Source: Thermodesulfobacteriota bacterium
GTDB taxonomy: Bacteria; Desulfobacterota_D; UBA1144; Nemesobacterales; Mycalebacteriaceae
NCBI GenBank assembly: GCA_965205855.1
Contig: OZ242184.1
Location: 416,001 to 480,000 of the forward strand
Length of the DNA stretch: 64,000 nt
Direction: 5' to 3'
A model generated the notes under the pieces. That model ran no database searches and had not been told where the DNA came from. It was given only the letters and a program-made list of their open reading frames with translations. Of this stretch, positions 38,917 to 52,800 are shown in pieces. How positions within the stretch are numbered: the stretch's first letter is position 1; each line of letters starts with the position of its first letter. The translations under genes were made by a program, and so were the position numbers.

Positions 38917-40347
38917 ATGAAAATCCCTTTGCAATTTGATACTACAATTCCCCCCGCCGGAGAATTGGAAGTTCAAAACCCTTTTGACGGAACAGTCATT
39001 GCGCGCGTGGAAACCGCGGGGCGCAAACATCTGGACGGCCTGCTTAACACCGCGCGAAAGCTCCATGAAAACCGCGAGGAACGGCTTTCTGTCCGGCAGA
39101 GGGCGGAGATTCTGGAACGGGCGTCTGTCATCATAAGGGAACGCACCGAAGATTTGACAATGCGCGCCGTGAAAGAAGGCGGAAAACCTTATGCCGATTC
39201 AAAAGTTGAGGTTTACCGCGCTTCGGACAGCGTTAAAATCGCCGCCGAAACAATACGTACTTCCGCTGGTCATGTCGTTCCCATGGGAGGAGACCTTTAC
39301 AGCGCAAACAGAGCCGCCTTCACACAACATGAGCCGATAGGCGTTGTTGCGGCAGTGAGCGCTTTCAACCATCCGCTCAACCTTATTGCGCATCAGGCGG
39401 GCGCGGCAATCGCCGCGGGATGTCCCGTTATTGTCAAGCCCGCGCCGGATACTCCGCTTTCCTGCATCGCTTTCAAGGACATACTCATTGAATCCGGGCT
39501 TCCGCCTCAGTGGTTCAGGGTTCTTCTGACGGACTCGGATGAAACCGCCCAGATGTTTGCAACCGACCCGCGTGTTGCGTTTCTGACTTTCATAGGTAGC
39601 CCGCGTGTGGGGTGGAACCTCCGGGCAAAGCTCGCTCCGGGCACTCGCTGTGCGCTTGAGCATGGAGGAGTCGCTCCCGCTCTCGTGTATCCGGATGCGA
39701 ACATGGAGCTTGCGGCATCTCTGCTCGCCAAAGGCGGTTTTTATCACGCCGGTCAGGTGTGCGTTTCCACACAGCGCGTATATGTCCGGAAAAACTCAGG
39801 GGAATTTATCGGGTTTTTCAAAAAAGCCGCAGAAGGTTTAAAAGTCGGAGACCCGGCGCTTGAGTCAACGCAAGTCGGGCCACTTATTCGCCCCGCCGAG
39901 GTTGAACGCATCCACAAGTGGGTTTGCGAGGCGGTGGAGCAGGGCGCGGAACTTGTCTGCGGCGGAAATCCCCTTCCGGGAAACTGCTATGAGCCGACAG
40001 TTTTGTTGAACCCTTCGCTTGAGTCGCGGGTGAGCCGCGAAGAGGCGTTCGGGCCGGTTGTGTGCGTCTATGAGGTTGACGGTATGAAAGAGGCTGTCGC
40101 GCTGGCAAACGGTCTTGATTTCGCTTTTCAATCCTCGGTCTTTACGGCCGATCTGGACACCGCTTTTGCAACGGCGAAAAAACTCAACGCCTCCGGCGTT
40201 ATGGTAAACGACCATACCGCGTTCCGCATAGATGGGATGCCTTTTGCCGGAATGAAAAAATCGGGACTCGGAATCGGCGGCATACCGCACACAATCAGGG
40301 ATATGAGCATTGAAAAGATGCTTGTGTTCCGCTCGGACGCTCTCTAA
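38917..40347 (+). CDS. NAD(P)-dependent aldehyde dehydrogenase
   Basis: AFNHP, IVKPA, FIGS, LEHGG, AGQVC, EEAFGPV, MPFAG.K.SG.G; upstream extended -10-like TGCTACAAT (38892-38900). Confidence 0.93.
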   Translation: MKIPLQFDTTIPPAGELEVQNPFDGTVIARVETAGRKHLDGLLNTARKLHENREERLSVRQRAEILERASVIIRERTEDLTMRAVKEGGKPYADSKVEVYRASDSVKIAAETIRTSAGHVVPMGGDLYSANRAAFTQHEPIGVVAAVSAFNHPLNLIAHQAGAAIAAGCPVIVKPAPDTPLSCIAFKDILIESGLPPQWFRVLLTDSDETAQMFATDPRVAFLTFIGSPRVGWNLRAKLAPGTRCALEHGGVAPALVYPDANMELAASLLAKGGFYHAGQVCVSTQRVYVRKNSGEFIGFFKKAAEGLKVGDPALESTQVGPLIRPAEVERIHKWVCEAVEQGAELVCGGNPLPGNCYEPTVLLNPSLESRVSREEAFGPVVCVYEVDGMKEAVALANGLDFAFQSSVFTADLDTAFATAKKLNASGVMVNDHTAFRIDGMPFAGMKKSGLGIGGIPHTIRDMSIEKMLVFRSDAL

Positions 40348-40879
40348 TCCCGCGCCCGCGCATTTCCTTCGCACTGTTCAGGGAGATCAATTTGCAAATC
40401 AATCGCCGCAACGCCTTTTGAAGGAACTGTTTCGCCGTCTAACGGCTTTGGTCTTTTGGATTCACGCGTGTGAGATTTGCTTTCTTCGCTCCGTAATGTT
40501 TGCGAACCTTCTCGCTTATTTCGTCCATCTGTTTTCTGTCTGATTGCGTCAAGCGAATTCTGTCGTAGGATTGCCCGGCGCCTTCGTGTTCGGTGAGTTC
40601 GCCGAGGTCGCGTCGGAATCCGGCTTCTCTGAGGATGTTTCTGAGTGTTTTTTAGTCAAATTGTTCCCGAATTGCTACTGCTGTTCAAATCGTCTCAACC
40701 AAAGCCAAAACCGGATCAATTCTAATCGCCTGTTGACAGGCAAAGGAAAACCAAATTCCATTATACACAGGGTTCGGTTTAATGTTCAGGCTTATTGTAG
40801 GACGGGATCGTAAAAGAGGTTCAAGATTTTCTATCTTGAGCGTAGTTTTTATCCTTATAGGGAGCGTGAGGAGTCAGTG

Positions 40880-43800
40880 TTGAAACTCCTCATATTCACC
40901 CTGCTCGGCATGGTTGCGGCCCATGCAGTCGGTGCGGAGGAAGCCGCGCCCCCGGTTGTTCCGCAGTATGAAGTACCCGCCGCCCGCACGGCAGCCGCCC
41001 AAAGCGCCGGCAATCCCGGCGCCGGGCTAAGCACTACTGGCAAATTTGCGGCGCTGGAACTGCGTATTACCGACGGCCCGCAATCTCTTCCGGTCTCCGG
41101 AATGTTCAATAATCCCGGCGGCGGTTCCTTGATTTACACGGCGGTCTCCTCTGAGGCGACGGTCGCAACGGTGAGCATTACCGCAAGCCTCCTGACCATC
41201 ACCCCGCTCGCGGCAGGTACCACCGACATCACCATCACCGCCAGAGATGATGCCGCCGATTTGGAAGTCACGCAGACGTTCCGGGTAACCGCCATCAGCC
41301 TCATCTCACCCGGTGCCAGTATCCCCAATCAACAACTGACATCCTCTGGCGGGCCTCAGACCCTTGATCTCAGCGACTACATCAGCGACCCGCAGGGCAA
41401 CCCCCTATCCTTCACAGCGTCGTCCAATAATTTGACCGCCGCAACAGTGGGCGTCGATGGCAACATCCTGACCATCACCCCGCTCGCACCGGGCACCTCC
41501 ACCATCGCCATCACCGTCAGAAATAGCCCATTCGATGCGGGGGTCACGCTGGACTTCCAGGTGCAGGTCATCAACTTCTCCCCGACCAGCTCCGGCATTC
41601 CAGATCAACAACTGGTATTTGCCGGCCCTACCAAGCTGCTTGATCTCAACGACTACTTCAGCGATACGGAAGGCGATGAACTACGTTACTCGGATGCGGT
41701 TTCCTCTAACCAAGCTGTCGCCACGGTGTTTAAAGGTGATCCTACCAACTTCCTGTTTATCATCCCGACCCCGAACGGCGTCCTGGGCACCACCGACATC
41801 AGCGTTACCGCCAATGATAGATTCGGCGGGACACTCACACAGGTATTCCAGGTGGAAACCACCAACCAGGCCCCAATCAGCTGTTGCACTTTTACAACGA
41901 GTGCCGCGACCGTCGCTGGAGGGCCTGATACCATTGATCTCGATGACTTCTTCAGCGATCCGGATGCGAGTTCGATTCCCGATCATGCCCTGATCTACAC
42001 AGCGGTTTCCGATAATACAGCCGTCGCAACGGCGAGCATCAACGGTAACATCCTGACCATCACCCCGGTCAAAAGAGGTACCGCCAGTGTTACCGTCACC
42101 GCCAGTGATGGCTTTGCGGAAGCCTCGCTACAAATCCTGACGATTGTTAATCCCAGCAACCCCTTCAGCGCCGACGGCATTCCAGATCAAGGACTGGCAC
42201 TTTCCGGTGACCGCAGTGCTCGGACCCTGAATCTCAACAACTACTTCAGCGATCCTGACGGCGACAACCTGGAATATACATGGATCTTACAACCGCGAGG
42301 CACTCAGCCAGTCACCAACGTGAGTCTCTCAGGAAGCATGCTGTCTATCAGCACAAGAGGAGCAAAAAGAGGCTCCGACGCAATAACAATCACCGCCAGC
42401 AAAAGAGCGGGGTCATTGACCAAGACCTCACTACCGTCGTCTTTTAATGTTGTCGTCGACCCAGCAGAACCTCGTCGAACCAGCCCCACCATTGGAGGGC
42501 CATCGAGCCGTCTTTCACTTCATTCTCCTCAAACATTTAACCTCGATGACTACTTCGAAAGTCCTTCTGCTCTGAGCTACACGGCAGCCTCTGTTGATTC
42601 GGGCACAGTGAAAGTGCGCATCGATGGCAGCATGCTGACCGTTACCCCGGTCAGACCAAGCACCAGAGACACTCGTATTATCATCAACGCTACAAATCAA
42701 CTCGGCTCCTTGATTGTCTACGTGTTCGACGTGCGCGTCCCCAACATGGCCCCGATAACAAGGGGAGGGAATCTGGCCTTTAGATTTACTGATACAGATC
42801 AGATATCCTTTAGTAACCATAGCCTTTATTTTACTGACCCTGACGGCGACCCCCTGAGCTACACCACTCGTAGCAATGGCACTAACATAGTCTCTGTCTC
42901 CATCTCTCCCACCACCGGTAATACCCTTTTGCACGCCGAGGGTGTCGGCAACGCAACCATTAGCGTTACTGCCAGCGATCCACTCGGCGCGTCGGTCACG
43001 AGGGTCTTCCCTGCGTCTGTCAGCGGCACCGCCCCAAGGGTCACCGCCCCTATTTTGGAGGGGCCGAACCGGCGCTTCCTGTTGCAGCGTAGTGGTACCG
43101 ATCCTGACAACCAGGTGCGGCTTGATCTCAGCGACTACTTCAGCGATGCCGACGGCGGGCAGCCGATCTACACGGTAGCGCAAAATCCTTCTTTCTTTGT
43201 GAATTCCAGCCTCTCCGGGAACAGGTTCCTGACCATCACGCCGACAGACAAAACAGGTATCACCACCATCACGGTCACCGCCACTGATCGAATCATAAGC
43301 AACCTCAAGGCCACGCAGACCTTCGGGGTGGCAGTCGTCAACGGCAATCCAGTCAGAAACGATACTCCATTTGAACCCGAGGTGACACTTTCTCTCGGGC
43401 CCCAGACCCTTAATCTCGACAACTACTTCAGCGACCCTAATGACGATTCCATATCCTACGAAATGGAATCTATCGAGTCCGATTATGCAACGGTGCGCAC
43501 CGACAGAATCGGTAGAGCAGACAATCTAATCATCACCCCCCTCAAACGCGGAGGGCCTGTGAGATTCACTATCACCGCCCGTGATCCATTTGGCGGGACG
43601 TCCACCCATGAATTAGCGTTCGAAGTTGGCAACGCTGCGCCGGTCAGGATGGGTGGGGTTCCGGCCCTGGTAATGAACCACGGGGATGGCCCACAGAAAC
43701 TGGTTAATATCGACAGCAAATTCTTCGATCATGACGGCGATGACCTGACCTACACAGCAACCCCATCCGGCGCTGGTGGAAACAGCGTGGCAACGGTGGA

Positions 43801-46800
43801 CGTCGATGGCGACATCCTGACCATTACTCCGCTTGCGCGAGGGAGGGTAGATTTCGACATCTTCGCATCGGATGGTCACCGCACATCGGGTGGCGGCCTC
43901 ATCTTATCAAGGCCCCACACCTTATCCCTCAACGTCAAAGCAGCGCCGACCATCGCCGGCACCCCTGCGCTCACGGTGGACGAAGACAGCCCCTATAGCT
44001 TCACGCCAAACGGCGCGGATGCCGATGGCGACCCCCTCATCTATGCCATTGTGAACAAACCCCCCTGGGCCGATTTTGACATCGCCACAGGCGCCCTGAC
44101 CGGCACGCCACTGCACGAACATGTCGGCACCACAACCGGCATCGTGATCAGCGTATCCGAACCCAGCGGGGCGGAGGCGTCCCTGCCAGCCTTTGACATC
44201 ACCGTGATCGATGTCAATAACGCTCCGGAAGGTCGTCCAGTCATCACCGGACTCCTGGCCCCGGGTCAGCTCCTAACGGCGACAACCGATACCATTGGCG
44301 ATGAAGACGGCCTGGGCGCATTCAGTTATCAATGGAACACCAACGACGGCGACACAGACACCGCCATCAGCGGCGCGGACTCAAACACTTACACCCCGAC
44401 AGGAACAGACGTTGGCAAGTCAATCACCGTGACCGTCAGCTACACCGATGGAGAGGATACCCTTGAGCGCGTGACCAGTGAGCCCGTAACCATTGGCGGA
44501 GCAATCATCACGGGCATAGCGAGAGAGGATGAGCCCCTGACGGTGGATGCTTCGAGCATTGACGATGAAAATGGTCTGAACCGCAGGAGATTCTTGTATG
44601 TATGGCTTGCAAGAGGGAGCAGCGGCTTGCCGACTCCCATCTATACTACTGAAGAGGAGGGGAATTCTTACACCCTTACCCAGTCCGAGGTCGGCAAGCA
44701 CATCTACGTTGTGGTCAACCTGCTAAGTGATGATAGCAGTTTGCTTCAGGTATTCAGCAATGAAATTGGCCCCGTGGAGAATGTCAATGATGCGCCGACC
44801 GGCAAGGTAATCGTTAGCGGAGTGCCGATGGAGGACGTGCGCCTAACGGCAACCGTCGATGCCCCTCGCGACGAAATTGGCGATGAAGATGGCCTGGGCG
44901 CGTTCAGTTATCAATGGAACACCAACGACGGCGACACAGACACCGCCATCAGCGGCGCGGACTCAAACACCTACACCCCCACTGAAGCAGACGTTGGTAA
45001 GTTAATCACCGTAACCGTCAGCTACACCGATGGACAGGGGACGCCTGAAAACCTGACCAGTGAGACTGTTGGGCCGATCAGACCTGAGGTGACGGTGTCG
45101 CTCTCGGGGCCTGAAAACCCCGTGACCGAAGGCGACCCGGCGACCTTCACCGTGACCCTGTCAGACTCTTTCGAGGAGGGGAATGAGATAGGGAGTGTGC
45201 TGGCTTTGGTGGTGAACTACGCCACCTCGGTCGCGGCCGGCGATACGGCGGCAGCCACTGATTTCACCGCGACCAGCGGCATGCTGACCTTCGCCGCAGG
45301 CACCACCGAGCTGAGCCAGACCTTCGACGTGCCGGTGGCAACCGACAACCTCGTCGAAGGCGACGAGACCTTCACCGCAACCCTGAGCGCGAACGCCGAC
45401 CCGCTGCCGGCCGGGTTCAGCCTCGGCACGACGACTGCCCAGGCGACCATCGCGGCCAACGCGGGAACCGTGTCGATTGCGGGGCCTGAAAACCCTGTGA
45501 ACGAGGGCGAGGACGCCACCTTCACCGTGACCCTGTCGGGCACCCCCACGGCGGACATCGTGGTGGTGGACTACGCCATTGCGGCGGGCACGGCATTTGC
45601 GAGTGATTTCGGGGCTCCGAGCGGGAGTGGCACGCTGACCTTCCCGGCAGGCGTGACCGGGGACGATCTGAGCCAGACCTTCAGCGTGCCGGTGACTGAC
45701 GACAAGCTGACGGAGGTCGCCCAGACCTTCACCGCAACCCTGAGCGCGAACGCTGCCAGCCCGCTGCCGACCGTCTTCAGCCTCGGCACGGCGACGGCGA
45801 CGGCGACGATTGCGGCGAGCGATGCGGCGACGGTGTCGATCTCGGGCGGCGGCAGTGTGAACGAGGGCGAGGACGCCACCTTCACCGTGACGCTATCGAA
45901 TCCAAGACCTTCTACGGCGGGTCGTGTGTCTGTGGAGTATTTCATTGTGGCAGGGGGCACGGCGACCGAAGGGACGGATTTCACGGTGCCAGGTCCGTTC
46001 TCAAGGGTGCTGATCTTTGTCGTGCCAGTGGGAGAGGACGACCTGACCCAGACCTTCACCGTGCCGGTGGCGGACGATGGACTGGTGGAAGGCGCCGAGA
46101 CCTTCATCGTGGGTTTGCGCGCAACGCCGGTTGACCCTCTGCCAGCGAACGCTACCGTGGACACGGCGACGGCGACGGTGACGATCCAGGCGAGTGACCC
46201 GGCGACGCTATCCATTGCGGACGCCGATCCGGTGGCCGAGGGCGACCCCGCCATCTTCACCGTGACCCTCTCGGGCGGTTCTCCGGGATCGGATGTGGTG
46301 GTGAACTATACCGCCTCGGTCGCGGCCGGCGATACGGCGGAGGCGGCCGATTTCACCGCCCCGGCCAATGATGCCGCGCTGACCTTCACGGCGGGCGTGA
46401 GCGGGAATGACCTGACCCAGGACATCAGCGTGCCGACCACGGACGATAACGAGACCGAGCAGGTCGAAACCTTCACCGTGACCTTGAGGGCACCCAACGC
46501 GGGCTTTCCCGCGGGCATCACCCTGAACTCGTCGGCCACCAGCGCACAAGCGACCATCAAGGCCAGCGATAATGACCCGCCCACCATCAGCGGCACGCCC
46601 GCCACCAGCGTGGCCGAAGACAGCGCCTATAGCTTCACGCCAACCGGCGAAGACGCAGATGGCGACACGCTGACCTTTGCCATCACAAACATGCCGTCAT
46701 GGGCCAGCTTCGACATCGTAACCGGGGCCTTGACCGGCACGCCCGCCAACGCCGATGTCGGCGACTACGAGGACATCGTGATCAGCGTCACCGATGGCAT

Positions 46801-49800
46801 CATCGTCACACCGGTAGCGCTGGCGGCCTTTGACATCGAGGTCACCAACACCAATGACGCGCCGACGATCAGCGGCACGCCCGCCACAAGCGTGGCCGAA
46901 GACAGCGCCTATAGCTTCACGCCAACCAGCGAAGACGCAGATGGCGACCCGCTGACCTGGGCGATCAGCAACATACCTTCATGGGCCAGCTTCGACATCG
47001 CAACCGGGGCCTTGACCGGCACGCCCGTCAACGCCGATGTCGGCAACCACGCGGGCATCGTGATCAGCGTCACCGATGGCATCATCACCACACCGGTCGC
47101 GCTGCCCGCCTTTGCTATCGCCGTCACCAACACCAATGACGCGCCCACCCTCAGCGGCACGCCCGCCACAACCGTGGCCGAAGACAGCGCCTATAGCTTC
47201 ACGCCAACCGGTGCCGACGATGATGGAGACACGCTGACATATGCGATCACAAACATGCCGTCATGGGCCAGTTTCAGCACCACAACCGGGGCCTTGACCG
47301 GCACCCCCGCCAACGCCGATGTCGGCGACTACGAGGGCATCGTGATCAGCGTCACCGATGGCATCATCGCCACACCGGTCGCGCTGCCCGCCTTCGATAT
47401 CGCCGTCACCAACACCAATGACGCGCCGACGATCAGCGGCACGCCCGCCACCAGCGTGGCCGAAGACAGTGCCTATAACTTCACGCCAAGCGGCGAAGAT
47501 GCAGATGGCGACTCGCTGACCTTTGCCATCACAAACATGCCTTCATGGGCCAGCTTCGACACCGCAACCGGGGCCTTGACCGGCACGCCCGCCAACGAGC
47601 ATGTCGGCGACTACGAGGACATCGTGATCAGCGTCACCGATGGCATCATCGCCACACCAGTTGAGCTGCCGGCCTTTGCTATCGAAGTCACCAACACCAA
47701 TGACGCGCCCACCCTCAGCGGCACGCCTGCCACCAGCGTGGCCGAAGACAGCGCCTATAGTTTCACGCCAACCGGCGAAGACGCAGATGGCGACACGCTG
47801 GTATATGCGATCACAAACATGCCGTCATGGGCCAGCTTCAGCACCACAACCGGGGCCTTGACCGGCACCCCCGCCAACGCCGATGTCGGCAACCACGAGG
47901 ACATCGTGATCAGCGTCACCGATGGCATCATCGCCACACCGGTCGCGCTGCCCGCCTTCGATATCGCCGTCACCAACACCAATGACGCGCCGACGATCAG
48001 CGGCACGCCCGCCACCAGCGTGGCCGAAGACAGTGCCTATAGCTTCACGCCAAGCGGCGCCGACGATGATGGCGACAGGCTGACCTTTGCGATCACAAAC
48101 ATGCCTTCATGGGCCAGCTTCGACACCACGACCGGGGCTTTGACCGGCACCCCTGCCAACGAGCATGTCGGCGACTACGAGGACATCGTGATCAGCGTCA
48201 CCGATGGCATCATCGCCACACCAGTTGAGCTGCCGGCCTTTGCTATCGAAGTCACCAACACCAATGACGCGCCCACCCTCAGCGGCACGCCTGCCACCAG
48301 CGTGGCCGAAGACAGCGCCTATAGTTTCACGCCAACCGGTGCCGACGATGATGGCGACACGCTGACATATACGATCACAAACCTGCCGGCATGGGCCGCC
48401 TTCAGCACCACGACCGGGGCCTTGACCGGCACCCCCGCCAACGCCGATGTCGGCAACCACGCGGGCATCGTGATCAGCGTCACCGATGGCATCATCGCCA
48501 CACCGGTCGCGCTACCCGCCTTCAATATCGCCGTCACCAACACCAATGACGCGCCCACCCTCAGCGGCACGCCCGCCACCAGCGTGGCCGAAGACAGCGC
48601 CTATAACTTCACGCCAAGCGGCGAAGATGCAGATGGCGACTCGCTGACCTTTGCCATCACAAACATGCCTTCATGGGCCAGCTTCGACACCGCAACCGGG
48701 GCTTTGACCGGCACCCCTGCCAACGCCGATGTCGGCAACTACGAGGACATCGTGATCAGCGTCACCGATGGCATCATCGCCACGCCAGTAGCGCTGCCGG
48801 CCTTCGATATCGCCGTCACCAACACCAATGACGCGCCCACCCTCAGCGGCACGCCCGCCACCAGCGTGGCCGAAGACAGTGCCTATAGCTTCACGCCAAG
48901 CGGCGAAGACGCTGATGGCGACAGGCTGACCTTTGCGATCACAAACATACCTTCATGGGCCAGCTTCGACACCACAACCGGGGCCTTGACCGGCACCCCC
49001 GCCAACGCCGATGTCGGCACCACCACGGACATCGTGATCAGCGTCACCGATGGCATCATCGCCACGCCGGTCGCCCTCGCAGCCTTCGATATCGCCGTCA
49101 CCAACACCAATGACCCGCCCACCCTCAGCGGCACGCCCGCCACCAGCGTGGCCGAAGACAGCGCCTATAGCTTCATGCCAAGTGCTGAAGACGATGATGG
49201 CGATACGCTGACCTTTGCCATCACAAACATGCCTTCATGGGCCAGTTTCAGCACCACGACCGGGGCCTTGACCGGCACCCCCGCCAACGCCGATGTCGGC
49301 AACTACGAGGACATCGTGATCAGCGTCACCGATGGCATCATCGCCACACCGGTCGCGCTGCCCGCCTTCGATATCGCCGTCACCAACACCAATGACGCCC
49401 CCACCATCAGCGGCACGCCTGCCACCAGCGTGGCCGAAGACAGCGCCTATAGCTTCACGCCAAGCGCTGAAGATGCAGATGGCGACCCGCTGACCTGGGC
49501 GATTACCAACCAACCACCATGGGCCAGTTTCAGCACCACAACCGGCGCCTTGACCGGCACCCCCGCCAACGAGCATGTCGGCGACTACGATGGCATCGTG
49601 ATCAGCGTCACCGATGGCATCATCACCACACCGGTCGCGCTGCCCGCCTTTGCTATCGCCGTCACCAACACCAATGACGCGCCGACCTCAAGCGGGCTGG
49701 CGGTTACGACGCAAGAGGATACCGCCCACAGCTTTACGGCGGGCGAGTTCACCTTTGCCGATGTGGACGGCGATGCCCTGCACAGCCTGCGCATCGACAC

Positions 49801-52800
49801 GCTGCCCGCAACCGGCACCCTGACCCTTGATGGCGCTGCGGTCATCGCCGGGCAGGTGATCCCCGCCGCCGGGATCGCGACCCTCGTCTATACCCCGGCC
49901 GCCAATGCCACCGGCGATGTCAGTTTCAGCTTCAGCCTTTCCGACGGCACCGCCTTTGGCGCAACCGCCACGGCCACCGTCAGCATTACCGCGGAGAATG
50001 ACGCGCCGACCTCAAGCGGGCTGACGGTTACGACCAAAGAGGATACCGCCCACAGCTTTACGGCGGGCGAGTTTACCTTTGCCGATGCCGACGGCGATGA
50101 CCTGCACAGCCTGCGCATCGACACGCTGCCCGCAACCGGCAGCCTGACCCTTGACGGCGCTGCGGTCATCGCCGGGCAGGTCATCCCCGCCGCCGGGATC
50201 GGGACCCTCGTCTATACCCCGGCTGCGAATGCCACCGGCGATGTCAGTTTCACCTTCAGCCTTTCCGACGGCACCGCCTTCAGCGCAACCGCCACGGCAA
50301 CCGTCAGCATTACCGCGGTCAATGATGCGCCCACCACGAGCGGGCTGGCGGTCTCGACAGATGAGGATACCGCCCACAGCTTTGCTGCGGGCGAGTTCAA
50401 CTTTGCGGATGTGGACGGCGATGCCCTGGACAGCCTGCGCATCGACACGCTGCCCGGTAGCGGCAGCCTGACCCTCGACGGCACTGCGGTGACCGCGGGG
50501 GATGTGATCGTTGCCGCTGGTATCGCGAACCTTGTCTATACCCCGGCTGCGAATGCCACCGGCGATGTCAGTTTCACCTTCAGCCTCAACGACGGCACCG
50601 CCTTTGGCGCAACCGCCACGGCGACCGTCAGCATCGGCGCGGTGAATGACGCGCCCACCCTCAGCGGCACGCCCGCCACCAGCGTGGCCGAAGACAGCGC
50701 CTATAATTTCACGCCAAGCGGCGAAGACGCTGATGGCGACCCGCTGACCTGGGCGATCAGCAACATACCGTCATGGGCCAGCTTCGACATCGCAACCGGC
50801 GCCTTGACCGGCACGCCCACCAACGAGCATGTCGGTGACTACGAGGACATCGTGATCAGCGTCACCGATGGCATCATCGCCACGCCGGTCGCGCTGCCCG
50901 CCTTCGATATCGCCGTCACCAACACCAATGACGCCCCCACCCTCAGCGGCACGCCCGCCACAAGCGTGGCCGAAGACAGCGCTTATAGCTTCACGCCAAC
51001 CGGTGCCGACGATGATGGCGACACGCTGACCTGGGTGATCACAAACATGCCTTCATGGGCCACCTTCAGCACCACAACCGGGGCCCTGACCGGCACGCCC
51101 AGCAACGAGCATGTCGGCGACTACGCGAACATCGTGATCAGCGTCACCGATGGCATCATCGCCACACCGGTTGAGCTGCCGGGCTTTGCTATCGCCGTCA
51201 CCAACACCAATGATGTACCCACCCTCAGCGGCACGCCCGACACCAGCGTGGCCGAAGACAGCGCCTACAGCTTCACGCCAACCGGTGCCGACGATGATGG
51301 CGACACGCTGGTATATGCCATCACAAACATGCCGGCATGGGCCAGTTTCAGCACCACAACCGGGGCCCTGACCGGCACGCCGGCCAACGCCGATGTCGGC
51401 GCCCACGAGGGCATCGTGATCAGCGTCACCGATGGCATCATCGCCACACCGGTCGCGCTGCCCGCCTTTGCTATCGCCGTCACCAACACCAATGACGCGC
51501 CTACCCTCAGCGGCACGCCCGACACCAGCGTGGCCGAAGACAGTGCCTATAGCTTCACGCCAACCGGCGAAGACGCTGATGGCGACCCGCTGGAATATAC
51601 GATCACAAACATGCCGTCATGGGCCAGTTTCAGCACCACAACCGGGGCCTTGACCGGCACGCCAGACAACGATGATGTCGGCGACTACGAGGACATCGTG
51701 ATCAGCGTCACCGATGGCATCATCGCCACACCGGTCGCGCTGCCCGCCTTTGCTATCGAGGTCACCAACACCAATGATGCGCCCACCCTCAGCGGCACGC
51801 CTGCCACAAGCGTGGCCGAAGACAGCGCCTACAGCTTCACGCCAAGCGGCGAAGACGTTGATGGCGACACGCTGACATATGCGATCACAAACCTGCCGTC
51901 ATGGGCCAGTTTCAGCACCACAACCGGCGCCTTGACCGGCACGCCCGTCAACGCCGATGTCGGCGACTACGCGGGCATCGTGATCAGCGTCACCGATGGC
52001 ATCATCGCCACACCGGTTGAGCTGGCGGCCTTCGATATCGCCGTCACCAACACCAATGACGCGCCGACGATCAGCGGCACGCCCGCCATCAGCGTGGCCG
52101 AAGACAGCGCCTATAGCTTCACGCCAACCGGCGCCGACGATGATGGCGACACGCTGACCTTTGCCATCACAAACATGCCATCATGGGCCAGTTTCAGCAC
52201 CACGACCGGGGCCTTGACCGGCACGCCCGTCAACGCCGATGTCGGCGACTACGAGGACATCGTGATCAGCGTCACCGATGGCATCATCACCACACCGGTC
52301 GCGCTGCCCGCCTTCGATATCGCCGTCACCAACACCAATGACGCGCCCACCTCGATCGGGCTGACGGTCTCGACAGAAGAGGATACCGCTCACAGCTTTG
52401 CGGCAGGCGAGTTCAACTTTGCGGATGTGGACGGCGATGACCTGGACAGCCTGCGCATCGACACGCTGCCCGCAACCGGCACCCTGACCCTCGACGGCAC
52501 TGCGGTGACCGCGGGGGATGTGATCCCCGCCGCCGGGATCGCGAACCTTGTCTATACCCCGGCCACCAATGCCACCGGCGATGTCACCTTCACCTTCAGC
52601 CTCAACGACGGCACCGCCTTTGGCGCAACCGCCACGGCAACCGTCAGCATCGGCGCGGTGAATGACCCGCCGACCACGAGCGGACTGACGGTCTCGACCC
52701 AAGAGGATACCGCCCACAGCTTTGCGGCAGGCGAGTTCAACTTTGCGGATGTGGACGGCGATGACCTGGACAGCCTGCGCATCGACACGCTGCCCGCAAC

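Noticed and set aside
38656-39066. 136-aa ORF across the tracrRNA; also ORF 34207-34413 starting in the last repeat
   Set aside because: They overlap tracrRNA/aldehyde dehydrogenase and repeat/cas2 respectively; no protein-like features
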